This document shows, piece by piece, positions 15,583 through 25,265 of a stretch of 64,000 nt of DNA. Source of the DNA: Candidatus Dojkabacteria bacterium (GTDB lineage Bacteria; Patescibacteriota; Dojkabacteria; J137); the NCBI GenBank assembly GCA_040006935.1, contig JBDTVZ010000001.1, positions 295,772 through 359,771 on the forward strand. Direction: 5' to 3'. The notes beneath the pieces were generated by a model, which saw only the letters and a program-made list of their open reading frames with translations, did no database searches and was not told the origin of the DNA. A program made the translations under genes and the position numbers. Every line of letters starts with the position of its first letter. The first letter of the stretch is position 1.

Positions 15583-16368
15583 ATGTTATCTATGGAACAA
15601 AAACAAATTGTTGTACAAAATTTAATATTAAATTACTACGCATTAGAATCTAAGAAAGAGAAAGGTGGTAAGGTTTTAGTTTTCCTCCATGGCTGGAGAT
15701 CGGATTCTACAGTTTGGTTTGAAACAATGGAAATTATGGCAGAGTTAGGATATCACTCAATTGCGTTAGATTTGCCAGGATTTGGAAAATCTCAAACTCC
15801 AGATCAAGTTTTTAATACAGATAAATATGCTGATTTAGTTGTTGAATTTTTGAATAAATTAAAACTTGAAAAATCAATATGTATTGGTCATTCTTATGGA
15901 GGAAGAGTTTTAATTGATATTGGTGTTAATAATAAAGCAGATTTAGAAAAGATTATTTTAGTAGATGCATCTGGAGTTGGAATAAAAGAAGGCGAAATGA
16001 ATTTAAAGAAAACTTTAGCAAAGATTATAAAACCTCTTTTCAAGCCTAAGTTTATGCAAGGTTTACGAAAAAAAATTTATCAATCAATTGGAGCAGAAGA
16101 TTATATAGTTGCAGAAGACTCTCCATTTTTTAAAGAAACTTATCAAAATATATTAAGAGATCAATATAATGAACTTTTAGCAAAGATCAAAACCCCTTTG
16201 TTCATGATTTGGGGAGAAGAAGATCAGGATACCCCCTTAGTGATGGCTGTCGAAATACAACATGCTACTCATGGGAAGCTAGTAGCAATGGAAAAAGCAG
16301 GACACTTCCCCTTTATCGATCAGCCTGAAGAATTTGTAAAGATTCTCGATTCCTTCTTAACAGAATAA
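15583..16368 (+). CDS. alpha/beta-fold hydrolase
   Basis: GHSYGG nucleophile elbow, and an HGW..D pattern near the start. Confidence 0.6.
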   Translation: MLSMEQKQIVVQNLILNYYALESKKEKGGKVLVFLHGWRSDSTVWFETMEIMAELGYHSIALDLPGFGKSQTPDQVFNTDKYADLVVEFLNKLKLEKSICIGHSYGGRVLIDIGVNNKADLEKIILVDASGVGIKEGEMNLKKTLAKIIKPLFKPKFMQGLRKKIYQSIGAEDYIVAEDSPFFKETYQNILRDQYNELLAKIKTPLFMIWGEEDQDTPLVMAVEIQHATHGKLVAMEKAGHFPFIDQPEEFVKILDSFLTE

Positions 16369-16445
16369 TCACTGTACACTTCGATTAACTATTAAATGTA
16401 GTTATGATAATATTTACTTGCATTCCTAGATTTTAAATCTGTATT

Positions 16446-17960
16446 TTGAACTTTAATCCATACAAAATAATTAAATATCAGTTATATCTTTTTCAATTAG
16501 AAGAATATGATGGCAGGAGATATCTAGATGCAATACTTCATAAAGGATTAATCCCTACAAGTTCGCTAAGAAAAGAATTACAATGGACATTGAAAGCAAA
16601 ATTAATATTTCTAATATCATTAATACTTCAAATCGCAGTGGCTGCAGCAGATTCTCATCTGATCGGTCTAATTTTGTTTAACTCCACACTCGTATTAATT
16701 ATTATCTTAATTTTTGAATTATTCCTTGTTGCTTATCTGAGTTTTATATTCAATATTGTTGCCTCCTGGATATTATTCCCACTTGAATACTTTCAAAAAC
16801 AAAGATTAATAAACCAAGCGAAATCAAAATATCAAAAACTTAAAACTCAAAACTCAGAACTTAAAACTATCGGCATTACTGGTAGCTTTGGGAAAACAAC
16901 TATGAAAGAAACCTTAAGCACAATTCTTTCTGAGAAATTTAAAGTAGTAAGTACTCCAGAAAATATTAATACTCCTATCGGTTTAGCTAGAGTTATTCTA
17001 AGTTCATTGAACGAAAGCACTGAAGTATTTGTAGTTGAGATGGGAGAATACGTAAAAGGAGATGTAGATGCACTTTGTCAAATTGCAAAACCCGATATTT
17101 CTGTTATTACTGGAATAAACGAAGCTCACTTAGAAAGATATGGAAGCATGAAGAATGCTGTTGATACAAAATTTGAAATTGTTGAAAATACTCCTGAGGG
17201 TGGATTAGTTGTTTTAAATGGTAATGACAAATTAACAACTGAGAACTACGAAAGATTTACAAAAAACAAAAGAGTAGAGTGGTTTAATTCTGAAAGTTCC
17301 CCGCCTGTTTACCTGACGAATGGCAAGGCTCCTGACGCAGGAGGGCGGGCAGGTAAGTTTAAAGTTTTAAGTTCTAAGTTTGACATTGAGAAATTAGTCA
17401 GAAGAATTGAAATTCAAACCCCTACATCAGCTCTTTCAGCTCAAACAAATATTATTGCCGAATATATTGGAGGGAATATACTTGCTTCGATGATTGTTGG
17501 AACAGAGTTAGGAATGAGTGAAGCTCAAATAAAATTAGGAATTACTCAGTTAAAACCTGCTCCTTATAGATTAGAAGTTAAGAAGAATGGCGATATAGTG
17601 GTCATAGATGACACTTATAACGGTAATTCAGATGGAATTAAAGCTGGAATTAAATTACTTTCTGAATTTACTAATAGAAGAAAAGTTTATGTAACTCCTG
17701 GACTTGTAGAAACTGGTGAACTTAAGGAAGAAATTCATAAGGAAATTGGTAAACAATTAGCTTCTGTTGCGGATTTAGTAATATTAACAAAGAATTCTGC
17801 AACACCATTTATCGCTGAAGGATTGAAAGAAGCAGGATTTACAGAAGATAAAATAGTTTGGTACGAGACATCAAAGGAAACTTACGAAAAATTAAGAGAG
17901 AATCTACAAACTGGAGATGTTGTTATGATGCAGAACGATTGGAGCGATAATTATTTCTAA
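16446..17960 (+). CDS. murF: Mur ligase family protein, MurF-like (UDP-MurNAc-tripeptide--D-Ala-D-Ala ligase), with an unusual polytopic membrane N-terminus
   Basis: GITGSFGKTT P-loop and a DDTYNGN C-terminal motif. The first roughly 135 aa are hydrophobic helices instead of the normal MurF domain 1. Adjacent to ddl. Confidence 0.65.
   Translation: MNFNPYKIIKYQLYLFQLEEYDGRRYLDAILHKGLIPTSSLRKELQWTLKAKLIFLISLILQIAVAAADSHLIGLILFNSTLVLIIILIFELFLVAYLSFIFNIVASWILFPLEYFQKQRLINQAKSKYQKLKTQNSELKTIGITGSFGKTTMKETLSTILSEKFKVVSTPENINTPIGLARVILSSLNESTEVFVVEMGEYVKGDVDALCQIAKPDISVITGINEAHLERYGSMKNAVDTKFEIVENTPEGGLVVLNGNDKLTTENYERFTKNKRVEWFNSESSPPVYLTNGKAPDAGGRAGKFKVLSSKFDIEKLVRRIEIQTPTSALSAQTNIIAEYIGGNILASMIVGTELGMSEAQIKLGITQLKPAPYRLEVKKNGDIVVIDDTYNGNSDGIKAGIKLLSEFTNRRKVYVTPGLVETGELKEEIHKEIGKQLASVADLVILTKNSATPFIAEGLKEAGFTEDKIVWYETSKETYEKLRENLQTGDVVMMQNDWSDNYF
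17299..17354. repeat. GC-rich R3-arm element in-frame inside the murF-like gene (encodes SPPVYLTNGKAPDAGGRAGK)
   Basis: CCCGCCTG...CAGGAGGGCGGGCAGG is identical to the arm of the intergenic copies at 9495-9510 and 47850-47866. Confidence 0.65.
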
Positions 17961-17966
17961 ACATGC

Positions 17967-18058
17967 ATTGTGTCATCCCGAGCGAAGTCGAGGGATCTAT
18001 AACCACAGAAGTTAAAGATTTCTCGACTCGGCTAAAGCCTCGCTCGAAATGACACAAT
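17967..18058. mobile_element. 92-bp MITE-like element with perfect 10-bp terminal inverted repeats ATTGTGTCAT / ATGACACAAT
   Basis: The inverted repeats were read directly. The subterminal CCCGAGCGAAG / CTCGCTCGAA are also inverted. It lies between the murF-like gene and ddl. Confidence 0.55.
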
Positions 18059-18095
18059 CTGTTAGAATCTTTTTATTCATTTACTTTAAAATCAT

Positions 18096-19268
18096 ATGAA
18101 AATTGCAGTATTTTTTGGATCTAGAAACCCGGAGCACGATGTGTCTATAATTACAGGACAACTTATTATTTCCGGTTTGAAAGAACTTGGTCACGAAGTT
18201 ATCCCAGTATATATTTCCAAAGATGGCAGTTGGTATGTGGGAGAAGAACTTGGTAATTTAGATTTCTTCAAAAAAGAAAACTATAGATTAGAACTTAAAA
18301 ACTACGAAGGATTTAATCTTCAGTTAAATACTAATGGGAAAATGATTTTCAAGAAGCAATCAATGTTTAATTCAACCGAGTTAGTTGCTGATTTTGCTTT
18401 TCCAGCGATTCACGGACAGAATGGTGAAGATGGAACTATTCAAGGAATGTTCGAAATGTTGAATGTTCCTTATGCTGGATGTGATGTTCCTGCTTCAGCA
18501 AATGCGATGGATAAAGTTACTACAAAATTGATTTATCAAAGATTTAATATTCCAACTACAAAATTCACTTTCTTCCATACAAATGAATGGTTAACAAAAA
18601 AAGATGAGATTATGAATGAGATTGGAAAAAGTTTAACTTTTCCTTTATTTGTAAAACCTTCTAGACTAGGTTCTTCTATCGGAATTGCTAAAGTTAATTC
18701 TAAGGAAGATTTAGAATTTGCAATTGAAGTAGCCCTTCATTATGATGACAAGGTTTTAGTAGAAGAAGGAATTGAAGATTTAAAGGATTTAACAGTTTGT
18801 TTGATTGGAAACGATGAACCAATTATAAGTAAGATTCAAGAATCTACATATACAAAAGACTTTTTTTCTTACGAAGACAAGTACATTAACGAAGGTGGTG
18901 CTCAAATTGGAAATGCTCAGAAGAAAATGATTATTCCGGCAGATTTAGATGAAAAAACAACTGAGGAAATTAAACAACAAGCTAAGGATGTATACAGAAT
19001 TTTTGGATGCTCTGGAATTGCGAGAGTAGATTTTTTGTATGATAGAACATTCAAGAAATATTATGCTAATGAGATTAATACTCTTCCAGGAACAATTTAC
19101 CAACACTTATGGAAACAAAGTGGAATTGAATTAAAAGAGTTATTAACAAAATTAATTGAGTATGGAAAAGAAAAACATGATAAGAAACAAAAATTGACCT
19201 ATACATTTGAAAGTGAGATACTCAAGAAATCAAATTCTAATAAATTAAAGCTGAAAGGTAATAATTAA
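18096..19268 (+). CDS. ddl: D-alanine--D-alanine ligase
   Basis: ATP-grasp: HGQNGEDGTIQG, LFVKPSRLGSSIGI, ANEINTLPG. Confidence 0.85.
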   Translation: MKIAVFFGSRNPEHDVSIITGQLIISGLKELGHEVIPVYISKDGSWYVGEELGNLDFFKKENYRLELKNYEGFNLQLNTNGKMIFKKQSMFNSTELVADFAFPAIHGQNGEDGTIQGMFEMLNVPYAGCDVPASANAMDKVTTKLIYQRFNIPTTKFTFFHTNEWLTKKDEIMNEIGKSLTFPLFVKPSRLGSSIGIAKVNSKEDLEFAIEVALHYDDKVLVEEGIEDLKDLTVCLIGNDEPIISKIQESTYTKDFFSYEDKYINEGGAQIGNAQKKMIIPADLDEKTTEEIKQQAKDVYRIFGCSGIARVDFLYDRTFKKYYANEINTLPGTIYQHLWKQSGIELKELLTKLIEYGKEKHDKKQKLTYTFESEILKKSNSNKLKLKGNN

Positions 19269-19269
19269 T

Positions 19270-20589
19270 ATGGAGATCCCTTCGACAGATTATCTGAATC
19301 TTGAGAAAAGTAACGAAGCAAGAGAGCAGTATAGAATTAAAACAAGTAGGGCTCGCGCAACTGCATTAGTTAAGTACGTACAACATCGTGAATTTGAAAG
19401 ATATGGTATGTTCGTCCCTCAAAGCGTTAAGGATAGAGATGATGAATGGATATCAAGTACGTCTAAACAAGTAAAAAAGATTGCCCTTTCAGAAGCTCCT
19501 TTACTTAAAATACTTCAGCCTAAAGTGTTTATCAATTACCGTAATGAGCATAATTTACGCACCCTTATACAACTTCCTGAAGAATTTTATGTTTATAACC
19601 CCACTGGTAATAGAGTTGGTATTGAGATAGAAATTGAGGAGCCTCCTAATTTAAGTCGTGAAGAAGTTAATCTATATCTTGAAGACCTAGATAAAGAGGT
19701 TCAAGACTTAGGATTGTTAATTGGATACGATTCTTTAAGAGAAATACCATTGCCTCCTTCATCATTAGAAAATCAACTAGCAGGTTATGCGGAAATGTTT
19801 AATTGTAAGTTTATTCTTCCAGGTCAGGAATTAAATACCCATATTAACTTTGAGAATATTGTACAACCTCTAAAGTATTTAAAAGAAATGCTCATTATTC
19901 ATCTTTGTTTCTCAGCTTCAGGAATATTTCATAGGCCTGTGTGGGATATTGACCTAGATTATACTGGAACTAATAAACCAATTACCGATGAAGATTTAAT
20001 ATCTTGGGATCCAAACCTAAGAGGGCAGCCTCATGGCTACCCTTTAAAAGTAAGAAGTACTAACGTAACAGAGTTTAGACTAATAAACATGAAGAACGAA
20101 GGCTTTGAGAAATTTTCCAGTGGACTTATTTCCCTATACAATATTATTCAATGTTTTATAAGTTATACAAAAATTAAAGAGGGTGTTGAATTTAGTAAGC
20201 AAGATTCGGAACAATCACAAATGTTTGAGGACTTTATGGAACAAGTAAGTTATCAAATGAAAACTAACATAATTAGTAAAGTCTCTGAAACTAACACCAA
20301 TTTTAATTTTGATTTTTCAATGGAAGTAATTGGGAAATTTCTATATTTAAGTGTTCTAAAAGTTAGTTTAATGTCTAAAGGTAATGATTTAGAATATTCA
20401 GATGAATTTTTAATACATCTACAAGATATGTATTGTTCTGGTTCCGAATTCAATGAGATTTGGAGTCAAATTAATTTTTCTGCAATAAAGAAACCCTTGT
20501 TTATGCAGCAATTATACGAAGAAATTATTAGTGTTTCAAACCGTGTTGTTAAACAAAATGAAAATAATTTTGCAAAAGATAACTCTTAA
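19270..20589 (+). CDS. hypothetical protein (439 aa), start 2 nt after the ddl stop
   Basis: Long ORF, apparently translationally coupled to ddl. No motif recognised. Confidence 0.5.
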   Translation: MEIPSTDYLNLEKSNEAREQYRIKTSRARATALVKYVQHREFERYGMFVPQSVKDRDDEWISSTSKQVKKIALSEAPLLKILQPKVFINYRNEHNLRTLIQLPEEFYVYNPTGNRVGIEIEIEEPPNLSREEVNLYLEDLDKEVQDLGLLIGYDSLREIPLPPSSLENQLAGYAEMFNCKFILPGQELNTHINFENIVQPLKYLKEMLIIHLCFSASGIFHRPVWDIDLDYTGTNKPITDEDLISWDPNLRGQPHGYPLKVRSTNVTEFRLINMKNEGFEKFSSGLISLYNIIQCFISYTKIKEGVEFSKQDSEQSQMFEDFMEQVSYQMKTNIISKVSETNTNFNFDFSMEVIGKFLYLSVLKVSLMSKGNDLEYSDEFLIHLQDMYCSGSEFNEIWSQINFSAIKKPLFMQQLYEEIISVSNRVVKQNENNFAKDNS

Positions 20590-20730
20590 TGTAATAATTA
20601 CAGTCATGATAATTAATGTATTAACTAAAAATTGTTGTTGTCCTTACTGTACATAGCCAGGAAGGATTCTCTATAAGTATTTAGAAAACCTCCTGGAAAC
20701 GGGAGATTTTTTTATTTTTAACTAAAATTT

Positions 20731-21522
20731 ATGTTTTTTTTAATATTTATTTTATCGTTAATAATTGGTTATATAATGATCTTGATTTTACTTCAGGATT
20801 TACATTTTCCTAACCTTGAACTGAAAAAATTCCAGGTTAAAGATTCCGAATCAAAAACTAATGTTTTATTTATTTTTCCACACCCAGATGATGAGGTCAT
20901 GTCTTCAGGTGGATTATTAAGAAAATTAGTAAAAGATAAAAATTTTAATGTTTTTGTGGTGGATGTTACAAAAGGCGATAGAGGAGACGAGATTCTAAAG
21001 TTATCTCCAGAAGAATTAGGGAAAGTGAGAGAGAGTGAATTTAAAATAGTAATGAAGATTGTAGGCGTTAAGAATGGTGAAGTGTGGGATATTCCTGATG
21101 GAAAAGTACCAGAGAATTTTGAAAAGTTAAAAAGACAAGTAGAGGAGTTTATACAAAAGAATAATATAAATCTGGTAGTAACTTATGAAAAATGGGGAGT
21201 TTATGGTCATCAAGACCATGTTGCATTAAGTAAAGTAGTCCATGAAATTTCTGAAAGCAATAAGGATGTAAAAGTACTTTATTCTACTATTGGACCTAAA
21301 GTGGCTAGAAGTCTTAACTTAAAAAAATATATAAAAGGATTAGATTTAGCTAATTTTGAAAGTAATGAACCTCCAGAATTTAAATTATTTACTTTAAAAG
21401 AAGCTTTTGCTCGATTTTTAGCAGCGAGACAGTACAAATCACAGAATCTATCGCACAAATATCCACTTTGGGTTACAATTCTAATGAATCCATATGAGTA
21501 CTACACGACGAAGTACGAATAA
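20731..21522 (+). CDS. PIG-L/LmbE family N-acetylglucosaminyl deacetylase, membrane anchored
   Basis: FPHPDDEVMSSGG (the HPDDE zinc-binding signature), an N-terminal TM helix, and a later HQDH. Confidence 0.6.
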   Translation: MFFLIFILSLIIGYIMILILLQDLHFPNLELKKFQVKDSESKTNVLFIFPHPDDEVMSSGGLLRKLVKDKNFNVFVVDVTKGDRGDEILKLSPEELGKVRESEFKIVMKIVGVKNGEVWDIPDGKVPENFEKLKRQVEEFIQKNNINLVVTYEKWGVYGHQDHVALSKVVHEISESNKDVKVLYSTIGPKVARSLNLKKYIKGLDLANFESNEPPEFKLFTLKEAFARFLAARQYKSQNLSHKYPLWVTILMNPYEYYTTKYE

Positions 21523-21545
21523 TAATGATTATCTAAATCAAATTT

Positions 21546-22958
21546 ATGCTTAAAATTTACAATACATTAGGAAGAGAATTAGAGACATTTAAGTCTATAA
21601 AAGATAAATATGTAAGTATTTATAGATGTGGACCGACTGTTTACTGGACACAACATATTGGAAACATGAGAGGAATGGTAATGTCTGATTTAATAGAAAG
21701 AACTTTAAAGTACGAAGGGTACAAAGTTAAATTTGTTCAAAATTACACAGATGTGGGTCATTTGACTAGTGATGAGGACGAAGGCGAAGATAAGATGGAG
21801 AAAGGAGCAAAAAGAGAAGGATTAAGTCCAAAAGAAATCGCAGATAAATATATTGCTCAGTTTGAGAATGATGTTGCAAAGTTAAATGTTTTAGAACCAG
21901 ACTATAAACCTAGAGCTACAGAATATGTAAAACAGATGATTGAAATGGTTCAAGAACTTTTAGATAAAGGTTTTGCTTATGAAAGGCCAAATGCAATTTA
22001 TTTCGATATATCTAAGTTTCCTAAATACAACGAACTCAACGGACAAAGGTTAGATATGAATAGAGAAGGAGAAGGACATGGAGATGTTACGGACGAAAAT
22101 AAAAAAAATCCTCAAGATTTTGCTTTGTGGTTTTTCAGAACTGACGTACATAAAAATGCTTTACAATATTGGCCGTCTCCTTTTAAATCTTCTGAAGTAG
22201 AAAATGGAGAAGGTTTTCCAGGCTGGCATATTGAATGTTCTGCAATGGCAAGAGATCTACTAGGAAATCCTATTGATATTCACATAGGAGGAATTGAACA
22301 TATAGCTGTTCATCATACTAACGAAATTGCCCAAAGCGAGGCTGCGAATGGAGAAAAATTTGCAAACTATTGGTTACATCATGAGCATTTGGATGTTGAT
22401 GGTAAGAAGATGAGTAAGTCTTTAGGAAACATATATTCACTTGATAATATATTGGAATCTAATTATAGTCCGATGCATTTGAGATATTTCTTTTTACAAG
22501 CACACTATAGATCAAAACAAAATTTTACATTCGAAGCTCTTGATGGAGCTAAAAAAGCTTATGAAAGGCTTATCAACTTTGTAAAAACGTGGGCAGAAGA
22601 TTCAGATAAACAGAAATCTAACGATTTCAAGATTAATAAGGGATTTAAGGAAAAGTTTACAGAGGCAATTGAAGATGATTTCAATATTCCAAATGCGTTA
22701 GCAATTGTTTGGGAATTAACTAAATCTGACTTACAAAGTGATGATAAATTAGGAACTCTTTTAGATTTTGATAAAGTTTTAGGCTTAGGATTAGAACATG
22801 CTTTATCACAACCTAAAGAAAAAGAAATTCCACTTGAGGCCCAAATGTTAATTGAGGAGAGAAATATAGCAAGATTAAGTAAAGACTTTAAAAAAGCTGA
22901 CGAGATTAGGGACCAACTTAAGAGTAGATTTGGAGTTGATGTAGTGGATAAGAGGTGA
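21546..22958 (+). CDS. cysS: cysteinyl-tRNA synthetase
   Basis: CGPTVYWTQHIGN (HIGH), KMSKSLGN, and the DNFN anticodon-binding region. Confidence 0.9.
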   Translation: MLKIYNTLGRELETFKSIKDKYVSIYRCGPTVYWTQHIGNMRGMVMSDLIERTLKYEGYKVKFVQNYTDVGHLTSDEDEGEDKMEKGAKREGLSPKEIADKYIAQFENDVAKLNVLEPDYKPRATEYVKQMIEMVQELLDKGFAYERPNAIYFDISKFPKYNELNGQRLDMNREGEGHGDVTDENKKNPQDFALWFFRTDVHKNALQYWPSPFKSSEVENGEGFPGWHIECSAMARDLLGNPIDIHIGGIEHIAVHHTNEIAQSEAANGEKFANYWLHHEHLDVDGKKMSKSLGNIYSLDNILESNYSPMHLRYFFLQAHYRSKQNFTFEALDGAKKAYERLINFVKTWAEDSDKQKSNDFKINKGFKEKFTEAIEDDFNIPNALAIVWELTKSDLQSDDKLGTLLDFDKVLGLGLEHALSQPKEKEIPLEAQMLIEERNIARLSKDFKKADEIRDQLKSRFGVDVVDKR

Positions 22959-23195
22959 TTAATTTAAAGATATGTCCGAAGGGTTCTCTATAATTGCTAG
23001 AAGGTAACTAGCGAGATCCTCATCATAAGCACCTGTCTCATCCATTTGTTCTAATAAAAAATTAGCATCATTTTTAGATAGACTTCCTGCAGAGGCATAA
23101 ATAACCAGATCTTCTATTTTACTATTTAGTAAATCAAGGAGTTCTTGTCTTCGAGTATTTAAATTCTGGTTTCTATTATATGCGTCATCCAACAT
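22959..23195 (-). CDS. small acidic hypothetical protein (78 aa)
   Basis: ORF convergent on cysS. No homology recognised. Confidence 0.3.
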   Translation of the reverse strand: MLDDAYNRNQNLNTRRQELLDLLNSKIEDLVIYASAGSLSKNDANFLLEQMDETGAYDEDLASYLLAIIENPSDISLN

Positions 23196-23200
23196 AATTA

Positions 23201-23458
23201 TTAATTAACAGAGTATAATTCTAGAAATGTTTTAAACTCAATTAGTCTATCCACTAAAATATATTTTAAAGACTCTGGAATGCAAGTTATGCATTGACAG
23301 CAATTCAATATATAATTTGCCTCTGATAGACTAATTTCTTCGTCTTCTATTCTCTGAATAAGGAAATTAATTCCTTTTTCACTACTTAAAAGATCGAAGA
23401 TATCTTTTATTGTGAATTCTGGCAATGGCTGTTGACCCTGCGTTGAAAATTCTTCCAT
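23201..23458 (-). CDS. small acidic hypothetical protein with a CCQC..C cysteine cluster (85 aa)
   Basis: ORF only. Confidence 0.3.
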   Translation of the reverse strand: MEEFSTQGQQPLPEFTIKDIFDLLSSEKGINFLIQRIEDEEISLSEANYILNCCQCITCIPESLKYILVDRLIEFKTFLELYSVN

Positions 23459-23595
23459 AAAATATTATTACTAATTATTGTTCCTTAGCCCAATTAACAA
23501 AATCATCCGGAACTTCCCCATCTCTATATGACCGCACCCCCTTAAACTAAGACAGGTTTCTATGACTAAGATAAAATAATTTAGTTATTAAATTT

Positions 23596-23859
23596 GTGAA
23601 TATGTACAAAAGAATACCAGTAGAAATCAAAAATGAAGTTTTGCAAAAAGTGCGTAATGGAGAAAAGGTAATAGATTTAGCAAGACTTTATGGAATTGGA
23701 GATAAAACCATTTATCAATGGTTAAAAGAATCTGTAAAACAAGAAGTATCAATATGGGAACATAGAAGGATAAAAGCAGAAAATGAAGAGCTAAAAAGAA
23801 TTCTAGGAATGGTAATGCTGGAACTTGAGAGGAAAAAAAAAGGTGGAGATAATAAATAG
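23596..23859 (+). CDS. IS3-family transposase OrfA (helix-turn-helix)
   Basis: 87 aa, ending just after the A9 slippery run (23833-23841). Confidence 0.8.
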   Translation: MNMYKRIPVEIKNEVLQKVRNGEKVIDLARLYGIGDKTIYQWLKESVKQEVSIWEHRRIKAENEELKRILGMVMLELERKKKGGDNK

Positions 23860-24655
23860 CTCAACAAACAAAAAACTAATAGCAAAAGTTGCAAAAATTA
23901 ATCACAAAGATATTTACTACAAATCGAGAATGGAAGATAAAGATTTCAAATTAATCGAAAAAATTACCACAATGCATAAAAGCCATCCATCATATGGATA
24001 TCTAAGAGCAGCAATAGAACTTGGTATTAACAAAAAACGCACTCAAAGAGTTATGGCAAAATACAGCATTAGAGCTCCTAGAAGAAAAGTTAGGAAATTC
24101 AGCACTACGCAATGTGTAGAAAATACTAGCTATACAAATCTAATTAAAGATTTAGAAATAAAAAGACCTTATCAGCTACTGTGTACTGATTTAACATATA
24201 TTAAATTTCAAGGGAAATTCATTTATCTGGGAACAGTTGAAGATATATTTACTAGAGAAATATTATCTGCTAATTTATCCGATAAACATGATAGCCAATT
24301 AGCTCTAAGTATAGCTAGAGAAGCTATCAACAAATCCAATGGTAATACACAGATATTTCATTCAGATCAAGGTTCTGAATTTATGGCTCAGAGTGTTACA
24401 GGTTTTATTGAATCAAAGAATGTAAAAGTTTCAGTAAGTGATAAAGGAAGTCCATGGCAAAATGGATATAAAGAATCTTTCTTTTCAAGATTTAAAGATG
24501 AGAATGGAGATTTGAGTAGATTTGATACTTTAGGTGAATTAACAGAAGAGATTTACAGTTATATTAACTATTACAATAAATATCGAATTCATACCAAACT
24601 CAAAATGAGTCCTGTTCAATTTAAAGCTACTCTCGTAGAATCTAGTCTTAAATAA
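23825..24655 (+). CDS. IS3-family transposase OrfB (DDE/rve integrase core), expressed by a -1 frameshift from orfA
   Basis: Reading frame is -1 relative to orfA, at A AAA AAA AAG. It has the DDE-type core (CTDLTYI...HSDQGSEF...SPWQNGYKESFF). Confidence 0.8.
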   Translation: MRGKKKVEIINSSTNKKLIAKVAKINHKDIYYKSRMEDKDFKLIEKITTMHKSHPSYGYLRAAIELGINKKRTQRVMAKYSIRAPRRKVRKFSTTQCVENTSYTNLIKDLEIKRPYQLLCTDLTYIKFQGKFIYLGTVEDIFTREILSANLSDKHDSQLALSIAREAINKSNGNTQIFHSDQGSEFMAQSVTGFIESKNVKVSVSDKGSPWQNGYKESFFSRFKDENGDLSRFDTLGELTEEIYSYINYYNKYRIHTKLKMSPVQFKATLVESSLK

Positions 24656-25134
24656 AGGGGGTGTTGACAATAAGTTCTTTCTTCCACATACTCTTCCTCG
24701 TTTATTGGAGCTAAGAAGTTAAAACTATTACTATTGATGATTGCTTCTATTCTTGCTTTTAATCTATCTCTGTTAGACATAACTTCTGATGTGTTTGTTA
24801 ATATTCTATTCATAGATCCATAATCTATTGCACCTTTAGGTCCCGAAAATTTTCTTTGTTCGATTAGCATCTCTGCGACCCAAAGTAATTTTATAAGCAT
24901 TTCATGAGTATAAAAAATTCCGTTCCGACCTACATTTCTATAAGGTAAAACTAATCTATTTTTTACAAGATTATCTAGAAAACTTACTACAACTACATCT
25001 CTATCATCAGCATATTTTATTTCATAAAAAAATCTCAGAACTTGCTGCCTTGTCAACGTTTCAGGAAGTTTATCAAAAATGATATCTCTTCTCCCTAGAA
25101 GATGATTATTCAATAATAATTTATCTCCGGCCAT
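24616..25134 (-). CDS. hypothetical protein whose last 17 codons are supplied by the IS3 right end (C-terminus replaced by the insertion)
   Basis: The codon for Tyr (TAT) is the ATA target-site duplication. Removing the IS restores an alternative 16-aa tail, RDGEVPDDFVNWAKEQ. Confidence 0.5.
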   Translation of the reverse strand: MAGDKLLLNNHLLGRRDIIFDKLPETLTRQQVLRFFYEIKYADDRDVVVVSFLDNLVKNRLVLPYRNVGRNGIFYTHEMLIKLLWVAEMLIEQRKFSGPKGAIDYGSMNRILTNTSEVMSNRDRLKARIEAIINSNSFNFLAPINEEEYVEERTYCQHPLYLRLDSTRVALN

Positions 25135-25265
25135 ACGTGCTACTTAAAGGATATATATATACATGATAGCAAATCAACCACAGATTGTCACTGGTGGTCG
25201 GCATCATATTATTTTATTGACAATTTAACCCTTCGGATATACCATCTATGAGTTGAATTAAGAAT

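Larger units (their letters stand above)
23529..24669 (+). mobile_element. IS3-family insertion sequence (about 1141 bp) with imperfect terminal inverted repeats TGACCGCACCCCCTT / TGTCAACACCCCCTTT and a 3-bp ATA target-site duplication
   Basis: The inverted repeats start with TG on both ends. ATA directly flanks both ends (23526-23528 and 24670-24672). orfA and orfB lie inside. Confidence 0.8.

Noticed and set aside
17299-17354. GC-rich segment that superficially recalls the SRP RNA domain IV motif (GTTTACC...AGG)
   Set aside because: It lies inside the murF-like coding sequence and belongs to the R3 repeat family. It has no SRP helix 8 GGAA/GNAR pairing. It is not an ncRNA.
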